Below are positions 57,187 to 64,000 of a stretch of 64,000 bases of DNA, in pieces. A program made the position numbers and the translations under genes. The stretch comes from Immundisolibacter sp. (GTDB lineage: Bacteria; Pseudomonadota; Gammaproteobacteria; Immundisolibacterales; Immundisolibacteraceae). The notes below the pieces were generated by a model. That model was not told the DNA's origin. It was given only the letters and a program-made list of their open reading frames with translations, and did not search any database. Every line of letters starts with the position of its first letter. Within the stretch, counting starts at the first letter, position 1. The DNA lies in contig NZ_JBFWOM010000004.1 in NCBI RefSeq assembly GCF_050250495.1, positions 22,553-86,552 on the forward strand, written 5' to 3'.

Positions 57187-57992
57187 CCACTCCCCCCAAA
57201 GAGGTCATCCACACCCGCATCTGGGAAGAGACCGCCGAGGCCGACAACCCGTTCGCGGCCGTCGCCTGCCATTGCCGCGGGTACGACGTATACGGCGACC
57301 TGCTGCACAAGGCAAGCTTCATCGAATACCTATATCTGCTGTTAGTGGGGGAACGCCCGACGCCCATGCAAGCGCAGTTGCTGGAGCGGCTCGCGATCGC
57401 GCTCGCCAACCCCGGCCCGCGCGAGGCAAGCGTGCATGCCGCCATGTGCGCCGGCGTCGGCGGCTCACCGGCGGCCGCCATGTTGATGGCGGCGCTCGGC
57501 GTCGGTGCCGGCAACCTCGGCGGCGGCCACGAGGTGCGGGTGGCGCTGGAAGCATGGGAGCAGTTCGGCTGCGATATCGCGGCCTGGCAGACATTCTTCA
57601 ATGACCCGCCCAAGCCACAGCGCGCAGACATCTGGACCCCAATGGAACATGCGCCGGGGTTCGATCCACATGGCGTAGGTTGCGCCACACCGGTACTGCA
57701 AACATTGCAGGCACTTGCTGCGCTTGCGGCGGGCCCGCACCTGCCCTGGCTAGCCGAACACCGACTCACGCTGGAAGCCGTCGCCAAGGCACCGCTCGCC
57801 ATGTCCGGCGTCGCCGCGGCGGCTTGTCGGGACATGGGCCTCGACGCCGACCAGGGCGAAATGCTCTACCTGTTGCTGCGCCTGCCCGGCGCCGCAGCTC
57901 ACGCGCTGGAGCAGAAGCACTCCGGCTTCAAGCGCTTTCCGTTCTTTCACGGCGCGGTCAAGTACGTCGGGGCACGCGCCGATAACCCGTGA
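57183..57992 (+). CDS. Citrate synthase / citryl-CoA lyase-fold protein A (divergent)
   Basis: CRGYDVYGDLL, SFIEYLYLLLVGERPT, GNLGGG, PGF, LYLLLRLPGAAAHALEQ follow the citrate synthase fold. TTG start overlaps the upstream TGA. Confidence 0.7.
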   Translation: MTTPPKEVIHTRIWEETAEADNPFAAVACHCRGYDVYGDLLHKASFIEYLYLLLVGERPTPMQAQLLERLAIALANPGPREASVHAAMCAGVGGSPAAAMLMAALGVGAGNLGGGHEVRVALEAWEQFGCDIAAWQTFFNDPPKPQRADIWTPMEHAPGFDPHGVGCATPVLQTLQALAALAAGPHLPWLAEHRLTLEAVAKAPLAMSGVAAAACRDMGLDADQGEMLYLLLRLPGAAAHALEQKHSGFKRFPFFHGAVKYVGARADNP

Positions 57993-58005
57993 CGGGGACC
58001 GTGCC

Positions 58006-58800
58006 ATGACCAACGCCACACTTCTTGAGTACGAAGACCACTGGCCGACCGAGCTCGGCGGCGTTTCTGTCGTCGATGGAACGGTCACGTTCCGCGGGCA
58101 CGACCTGCTGAACGCGCTCGAAGACCTGAGCTGGATGGACCTGCTGATGTATGGCATCACCGGACGCCGCTTCAGCCAGGCCCAGCTCGAACTGTTTCAG
58201 GGCTTGTGGAAAATCTCCGTCAGCTACCCGGAGCCGCGCATCTGGAACAACCGGGTCGCAGCGCTGGGCGGAAGTACGCGCAGCCCGGGTGGATTGTCAC
58301 TGGGCGCAGCGATTGCAGTGACCGACGCCGCCATCTATGGCCAGCGGCCAATGATCGGGGCTTTCGATTTCCTGCAACGGGCACACGCGGCCCATGAACA
58401 CGGCACAGTACTTGAGGATTTTATTACTCGCGAGCTGAAAACCCATCGCACCATCCCCGGCTACGGCAGACCCATCCGCAGCGTGGATGAACGTTTGGCG
58501 CCTGCCGAGCGTTTGGCAAAGCGACTCAGTCTGTGGGGTGGGCCCTACACGCAACTGTCTGTTGAGGTCGCCGAGGTACTGAAGGATTACCGCATGGGCA
58601 TGAACGTCGCGGCGATCGCAGCGGCGCTTTATGCCGACCAAGGCCTCACGACCACCGAATACAACTACGCGACTCTGCTCGCGTTCAGCGCCGGTCAGAT
58701 TGTTTGCCACATGGACGCGCGCGCTCACCCACCGGGAGCATTATTCCCATTGCGGTGTGATCGCATCGCTTACCAAGGCCCGTCTCGGCGCGGCTGGTAA
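58006..58800 (+). CDS. Citrate synthase / citryl-CoA lyase-fold protein B (divergent)
   Basis: VTFRGHDLL, SWMDLLMYGITGRR, IPGYGRP...DERL, MNVAA, IAYQGPSRRGW C-terminus typical of the fold. Confidence 0.75.
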   Translation: MTNATLLEYEDHWPTELGGVSVVDGTVTFRGHDLLNALEDLSWMDLLMYGITGRRFSQAQLELFQGLWKISVSYPEPRIWNNRVAALGGSTRSPGGLSLGAAIAVTDAAIYGQRPMIGAFDFLQRAHAAHEHGTVLEDFITRELKTHRTIPGYGRPIRSVDERLAPAERLAKRLSLWGGPYTQLSVEVAEVLKDYRMGMNVAAIAAALYADQGLTTTEYNYATLLAFSAGQIVCHMDARAHPPGALFPLRCDRIAYQGPSRRGW

Positions 58801-58829
58801 CACTGCCAAGCTTTTCATGGAGTCCGGTT

Positions 58830-60971
58830 ATGCCGCTGGAAAATGTACTGAAGCGACGCGGTCACTACATTGTCGCGACTTTATTTTCTACGCTCGGCGG
58901 CTTCGCCAGCTTCTACGTCAGTGCGCAGACCGATGACGAAGCGGCGCTCGCCGAAATTTACGGCAGTGCCGAGATGGTGAGCATTGCTACCGGCATTACG
59001 CAACCACTGCGCCAAAGCCCCGCCATTGCAAGCGTTGTCACAGCGGAAGACATGGCGGCCATCGGCGCCACGGAACTGAACGAAGTGCTGGAAACCATTC
59101 CTGGACTGCACGTGGGCGTGTCTGGTGTCGGATACAAGCCGATTTTCTCGGTCAGAGGCATTCATACCCAGAGCAATCCGCAGATCCTCGTATTGATCAA
59201 CGGCCTGCCGATCAAGAACGTATTTGACGGCTCGCTGGGTTCCTCATGGGGCCGCATGCCGGTGACCGGCATCGCGCGTATCGAGGTCATCCGAGGCCCT
59301 GGCTCGGCGTTGTACGGCGCGGACGCCTTTTCGGGCGTGATCAACATCATCACCAAGACAGCGGCCGACGTGCGGGGCCTGGAAGTCGGCGCCCGGGCAG
59401 GCTCGTTCGACCGAAATGACCAATACACGCAATGGGGCGGCGATGTGGGCGGCTTCGCCTCCTATTTTTATCTCGAACGCCAACGCAGCGATGGCCAGAG
59501 CCGCACCATCACTGCTGATGCTCAAACTTTTCTGGATGGCGTGTTGGGGTCAAACGCATCTGTCGCCCCGGCGGCAGTTAATCTCAACGCAGACAATATC
59601 GAAGCACGGGCTGACATCAGTCGCGGATTCTGGCGACTTCGCGGGGGCTATCAGGAAGTTAATGACATCGGGGTTGGCGCTGGTGTTGCCCAAGCACTGG
59701 ATCCGACGGGGCGTGGGGACGGACGGCGCTTGAGCGCCGACCTGAGCTATGACAACGCATCGTTCGGAAAAAGCCTTGGCCTGACTGGTACTCTGAGCTA
59801 CTACAATGTCGAAAATGTTGCGCGACTGACCTTATTCCCGCCAGGTGCCTTCGGAACGGTATTCCCCGGCGGCTTCCCCAACGGGGTGATTGGCAATCCC
59901 GACGTCTACGAGCGTCACTACCGGGGTGAGTTGAGCGCCCTGTACACTGGCATCGACAAACATCGGCTGCGTCTCGGCGGTGGATATCGCAAGGAAGACC
60001 TGTACAAAGTAGAAGAAAGTCGAAACTACACCGTGGTTGATCTTGGCCCTCCGTTTGGCACGGTACCCTTCCCGCTCGGCGGACTTGTCGACGTCACCGA
60101 TGTTGCCGCCTTTGTGCGCGAGGAAAACCGCACGGTTGCGTACGCCTTTCTGCAGGACGAATGGAACTTCCGCCGCGACTGGACGCTGACTGCCGGTCTG
60201 CGGATGGATGATTACTCCGACTTTGGCACCACGCTGAATCCCCGATTGGCGCTGGTCTGGCAGACGAGCTATACCCTGACGACCAAGCTGCTCTATGGCC
60301 GCGCCTTCCGCGCGCCGTCTTTCGGCGAGCTTTACAACGTCAACAACCCTGCCAATATCGGCAATCCCTCCCTGGACCCCGAAACCATCGACACAGTTGA
60401 ACTCGGCTTCGACTGGGATGCCGGCCGCGGCGTCCGCGCGGCGGTGAACGTTTTCTACTACCGCATGGACGACATCATCCGCTTTTCGACCGATCCGGCG
60501 CCGGCCACCAGCGCCACCGCCCAAAACACCGGCAAACAAACCGGCTACGGCCTGGAAGCGGAGCTGTCCTGGCAGGCGTCGCGGCGCCTGCGCCTGTCCG
60601 GCAATTACGCCTATCAGAAATCTACCGACGAAGCGGCCGACGACGACGTGGGTTTCGCGCCGACCCACCTGGCGTACGCGCGGGCGGACTGGACCTTCAC
60701 GCCGCAGTGGGGCGTGTCGAGTCAGGCGGTTGGAGTGTTCGACCGCAAGCGTGCGCCGGGGGACACCCGATCCAAAGTCGACGATTACGTATCGTTCGAC
60801 CTCACGCTGCGCGGGCAGCGGCTGTTCGGCGACGACTGGGGCATGCGATTATCTGCCCGCAACCTTTTCAACAGCGACGTGCGCGAACCCAGCGCCTCGG
60901 CGCTCATCCCGAACGATCTGCCGATGGCCGGGCGCAACGTGTTTTTAGAACTCAGCAAGGCGTTTCCTTGA
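58830..60971 (+). CDS. TonB-dependent receptor (plug + beta-barrel)
   Basis: SVVTAEDM...LNEVLETIPG, ILVLINGLP, RIEVIRGPGSALYGADAFSGVINIITK plug motif; LTAGLRMDDY, YGRAFRAPS, LDPETI, RNLFN barrel motifs. Confidence 0.93.
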   Translation: MPLENVLKRRGHYIVATLFSTLGGFASFYVSAQTDDEAALAEIYGSAEMVSIATGITQPLRQSPAIASVVTAEDMAAIGATELNEVLETIPGLHVGVSGVGYKPIFSVRGIHTQSNPQILVLINGLPIKNVFDGSLGSSWGRMPVTGIARIEVIRGPGSALYGADAFSGVINIITKTAADVRGLEVGARAGSFDRNDQYTQWGGDVGGFASYFYLERQRSDGQSRTITADAQTFLDGVLGSNASVAPAAVNLNADNIEARADISRGFWRLRGGYQEVNDIGVGAGVAQALDPTGRGDGRRLSADLSYDNASFGKSLGLTGTLSYYNVENVARLTLFPPGAFGTVFPGGFPNGVIGNPDVYERHYRGELSALYTGIDKHRLRLGGGYRKEDLYKVEESRNYTVVDLGPPFGTVPFPLGGLVDVTDVAAFVREENRTVAYAFLQDEWNFRRDWTLTAGLRMDDYSDFGTTLNPRLALVWQTSYTLTTKLLYGRAFRAPSFGELYNVNNPANIGNPSLDPETIDTVELGFDWDAGRGVRAAVNVFYYRMDDIIRFSTDPAPATSATAQNTGKQTGYGLEAELSWQASRRLRLSGNYAYQKSTDEAADDDVGFAPTHLAYARADWTFTPQWGVSSQAVGVFDRKRAPGDTRSKVDDYVSFDLTLRGQRLFGDDWGMRLSARNLFNSDVREPSASALIPNDLPMAGRNVFLELSKAFP

Positions 60972-61004
60972 TCGCTCCGGCCTGCCCTTGGCTCGGTTGA
61001 ACGA

Positions 61005-61943
61005 ATGCACCTCATGGCGCAGCGGATTGCCGGGGGCTTGCGCGGGCGGGGTTTGCCTGGCCGGCTGATCGCGTTCGCCGCGCTTCTCGCGACCGGACTG
61101 TCCGCGGCGGCGGCGGACGTGCTTGCCATCGTCCCGGACGTGAGTGAACCGTACCGGGCGGTGCTGTATCAGATTGTCGATGGCATGCGCCGCAGCGCCT
61201 CCGTGCGCCTGGTGCAGATTCCATCCGGGGCCGACCCGGGCCAGCCGGCGCTGACAGTGGAGGGAGAACGGGTGGTGATCGCGCTGGGCGGCACCGCTGC
61301 ACAGGCAGCCGACGCGCTGCGCACACGCCTGCCCGTGGTGGCGGGCGCGGTGGTGGCGCCGACCGGAATGCCGCCGCTACCGGGAGTGAGCCTGGAGACC
61401 GACCCGGAAGCGCTGTTCAAGCATCTGACCGCCCTGCTGCCGACCATCCGTACGGTGCACTGGCTGTACCGCCCGGAGCGCAGCGGCTGGATGCTCGATC
61501 GTGCGCAGGCGGCCGCCCGCCACTCCAGGCTGAAGCTGGTTGTCGTGGCCGTCGACAACGCCCGCTCGGCCGCGCAGCGCTATCAAGAAATTCTCGACCG
61601 CGCCGATAGCCAGACTGACGCGGTGTGGCTGAGTCAGGATCCGGCGCTGATCGGGGCTGATTCGACCCTGCCGGATATTCTTGGCCGGGCCTGGGCGCGC
61701 AATATCGTGGTTTTTTCGGGGTCAGTGCAGCACGTGTCGCACGGGGTGCTGTTCGCGCTTTATCCGGACAACACGGCAATGGGTGAGAACCTGGCGCGCC
61801 TGGCGCTTGCCCATGCCGGCGGAGCGCCGTTCACCTTCGAGCCCAACCGTGAGCTACAGAGCGCAATCAACCGACGCACCGCGGAACATCTTGGCATCGC
61901 GCCCGAACTCGCGCGGTATGACCTTGTGCTGCCGGCCCGCTGA
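61005..61943 (+). CDS. Periplasmic substrate-binding-like protein (ABC_sub_bind / YfiR-like)
   Basis: Signal-peptide-like N-terminus; VIALG, GVSL..DP...F..L..LLP.IR.V..LY, DAVW...DP, GVLFALYPDN.AMG..LA..A, IN.RTA.HLG pattern. No cognate ABC permease or ATPase nearby. Confidence 0.7.
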   Translation: MHLMAQRIAGGLRGRGLPGRLIAFAALLATGLSAAAADVLAIVPDVSEPYRAVLYQIVDGMRRSASVRLVQIPSGADPGQPALTVEGERVVIALGGTAAQAADALRTRLPVVAGAVVAPTGMPPLPGVSLETDPEALFKHLTALLPTIRTVHWLYRPERSGWMLDRAQAAARHSRLKLVVVAVDNARSAAQRYQEILDRADSQTDAVWLSQDPALIGADSTLPDILGRAWARNIVVFSGSVQHVSHGVLFALYPDNTAMGENLARLALAHAGGAPFTFEPNRELQSAINRRTAEHLGIAPELARYDLVLPAR

Positions 61944-61966
61944 GCCCCACTGCGACCATTGACCCC

Positions 61967-64000
61967 ATGAACCCGCTGCGCCCGCTGATCGATCGAGTCG
62001 CCGCCCTGCGCAGCGACGTGCTGATCATGTTGGTGTCAGCGGCCGGCGTATTGCTGCTGGCCGCACTGGCCGCGGGTGGCATTTCGTGGATTTCCGTCAA
62101 CCGTGCACGCGGCGACCTGCTGAACCAGGGACGCTTGCTGGCGGAGCGGTACGCCGCGCAGTCCACCCTCGCCTTGCTGTACGGTGCCCCGGACAATGCT
62201 CGGACGGCGAGCGACGGCTTGCTGCGATTCCCGAATGTGGTCGGCGTCGCCATCTATGACGCCGACGGCTCGACGCTGCTGCAGGAAGGCAACGTCGGCG
62301 CCGCCCGTCCGCAGCCGCAAGGAGCGTGGTCCAGCACCACGGCCGCGCGCATGGTCGAGGACGGTAGCGAGCGCTGGCTGTTCCAGGCACCGGTGTTTGT
62401 GGGTGCCGCCAGCGCGGAGTTGACGGCGTTCGGCGAACCCGCCTCGCCCCCCCAGTATCAGGGGCAGGTGACGGTCGCCGTGAGCAAGGCGGCGCTGCGG
62501 CAAATTGCCCGCGACATCATCGTATCCGCGGCAACCATGAGCGCGCTGACAGCGCTGGTGCTGCTGCCGGCGCTGCTGTACATCCTGCAACACATCTCGC
62601 AACCGATTCAGGCTCTCGCACGGGTGATGGCGAGGACCGAGACCGGCGACCTCACGGCGCGGGCAAGGCTTGCCGGCCCAGAGGACGTGCGCCGCATGGA
62701 GCACGCCTTCAACAGCATGATGGACAGGCTGCAAGAGCGCGACCGTGAGCTGGTCGAGGCCCGCGACGTCGCCCTCAGCGCCGCGCGTCTTAAGGCGCAG
62801 TTCACCGCCAACGTGAGCCACGAAATCCGCACGCCGCTCAACGGCCTGCTCGGCATGCTGACCCTGCTGCGTGAGACGCAGCTCACGGCCAAGCAGCGCG
62901 AGCGCCTGACCATCGCCGAGGCATCCGGCCACACGCTGCTGACCCTCATCAACGACATTCTGGATTTTTCGCGCCTGGAATCGGGCCGGGTCGATCTCGA
63001 AGCCATTCCGTTCGACCTGCCCACCAAAATTGGCGAAGTGGCCGCCCTGTTCGAGCTGCAAACCCGCAACAAGCAGATCAGCCTCGACGTCGTCATCGCG
63101 CCCGACGTGCCGCAGTTCGTGACGGGCGACCCGGTGCGCCTGGGCCAGGTGGTGACCAACCTCATCGGCAACGCCGTCAAGTTCACCAACGCGGGCGGTG
63201 TCACGGTCGAGGTCGACTGCGTGCCGGACGTCGGCAGCCGCGTGCGCTTTCGGGTGACGGACACCGGCATCGGCATCGCCGAACAGGACATTGGCCGAAT
63301 CTTCCAGTCCTTCACCCAGGCCGACAGCTCCACCACGCGCCAGTTCGGTGGCTCGGGTCTTGGCCTGACCATCACCCGCCAGTTGGTGGAACTGATGGGT
63401 GGTGAGATCGACGTGCACAGCACCCCGGGACAGGGCAGCACGTTCAGTTTCTCGATGCCGCTTGAGCGCGCGCAGATCCCGGACGACTTCGACACGAACA
63501 GGGGCGTCGAGACGGCGGCTCTGGAGCCGGCGGACAGCCTGCACGTGCTGGTGGCCGAAGACAACGCCACCAATCAACTCGTCGCCAAGGGCCTGCTCGA
63601 AGCCTGCGGCTGCGAGGTGACGGTGGTCGCGGACGGCCAGGCGGCGGTCGACGCGTGGGCCCGGGGCCGCTACGACATGATCCTGATGGACTGCAACATG
63701 CCCGGCATGGACGGGCTTGAGGCAACCCGCCAAATCCGCGCCCAGGAGGCGCCCGGCGCGCGGCTCCCCATCGTGGCCATGACCGCCAATGTCGACGCCG
63801 AGCTGATCCAGCAGTGCTACGCGGCCGGCATGGACGACGCCCTGCCCAAGCCCATGCAGCTGCGCACCGTGCGCTTGCTGTTGGCGCGGTGGACAGGGCC
63901 GGAGACGCTGCCGGCACCGGCCGAGCCGGAGCCCGCCGACACACTCGACGCGGCCCACGCAGCCGCCGTGGTGAACACGGCGCTGCTTGGCGAATTGCAA
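61967..64000 (+). CDS. Hybrid sensor histidine kinase (periplasmic sensor, HAMP, HisKA, HATPase, REC), truncated by window end
   Basis: Manual translation from ATG 61967 (missing from the ORF track because there is no stop in the window): two TM segments, FTANVSHEIRTPLNG H-box, TNLIGNAVKFT, DTGIGI, GGSGLGL, VLVAEDN, ILMDCNMPGMDG, MTAN, LPKP. Confidence 0.93.
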   Translation, partial: MNPLRPLIDRVAALRSDVLIMLVSAAGVLLLAALAAGGISWISVNRARGDLLNQGRLLAERYAAQSTLALLYGAPDNARTASDGLLRFPNVVGVAIYDADGSTLLQEGNVGAARPQPQGAWSSTTAARMVEDGSERWLFQAPVFVGAASAELTAFGEPASPPQYQGQVTVAVSKAALRQIARDIIVSAATMSALTALVLLPALLYILQHISQPIQALARVMARTETGDLTARARLAGPEDVRRMEHAFNSMMDRLQERDRELVEARDVALSAARLKAQFTANVSHEIRTPLNGLLGMLTLLRETQLTAKQRERLTIAEASGHTLLTLINDILDFSRLESGRVDLEAIPFDLPTKIGEVAALFELQTRNKQISLDVVIAPDVPQFVTGDPVRLGQVVTNLIGNAVKFTNAGGVTVEVDCVPDVGSRVRFRVTDTGIGIAEQDIGRIFQSFTQADSSTTRQFGGSGLGLTITRQLVELMGGEIDVHSTPGQGSTFSFSMPLERAQIPDDFDTNRGVETAALEPADSLHVLVAEDNATNQLVAKGLLEACGCEVTVVADGQAAVDAWARGRYDMILMDCNMPGMDGLEATRQIRAQEAPGARLPIVAMTANVDAELIQQCYAAGMDDALPKPMQLRTVRLLLARWTGPETLPAPAEPEPADTLDAAHAAAVVNTALLGELQ

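Overview
High-GC bacterial chromosome segment. Gammaproteobacterial affinity is inferred from the Pseudomonas/Xanthomonas-type flagellar genes, motC/motD, and the tRNA-Val / gltX / tRNA-Ala / tRNA-Glu layout; the host appears to be an aromatic-compound degrader. Left to right: (1) 1-21.3 kb, mixed catabolic and lipid genes (NahC-like extradiol dioxygenase, acyl-CoA ligases, luciferase-like monooxygenase, orphan Rieske oxygenase alpha subunit, MgtA, SDR+MaoC, nadA, glcF); (2) 21.4-33.2 kb, a sigma54-preceded flagellar operon fliLMNOPQR-flhBAFG-fliA-motCD; (3) 35.8-45.0 kb, a type I restriction-modification locus with embedded Schlafen/AlbA_2-ATPase and RhuM-Fic genes; (4) dusA, two flavin monooxygenases, Fur-boxed feoAB, DAHP synthase, gltX and three tRNAs; (5) from 54.5 kb, a lower-GC block: ThDP enzyme, two degenerate citrate-synthase-fold proteins, TonB-dependent receptor, periplasmic binding-type protein, hybrid histidine kinase (runs off the window). 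Two candidates stand out. First, a DUF559 endonuclease domain bracketed by 36-bp palindromic inverted repeats is inserted in-frame in hsdS, and solo copies of the same repeat are read as peptide in hsdM and hsdR, which suggests a REP/RAYT-like selfish element using a different nuclease. Second, the enzyme + TBDR + sensor kinase block looks like a self-contained make-import-sense signalling system. All family calls come from motif recognition; no database searches were run.
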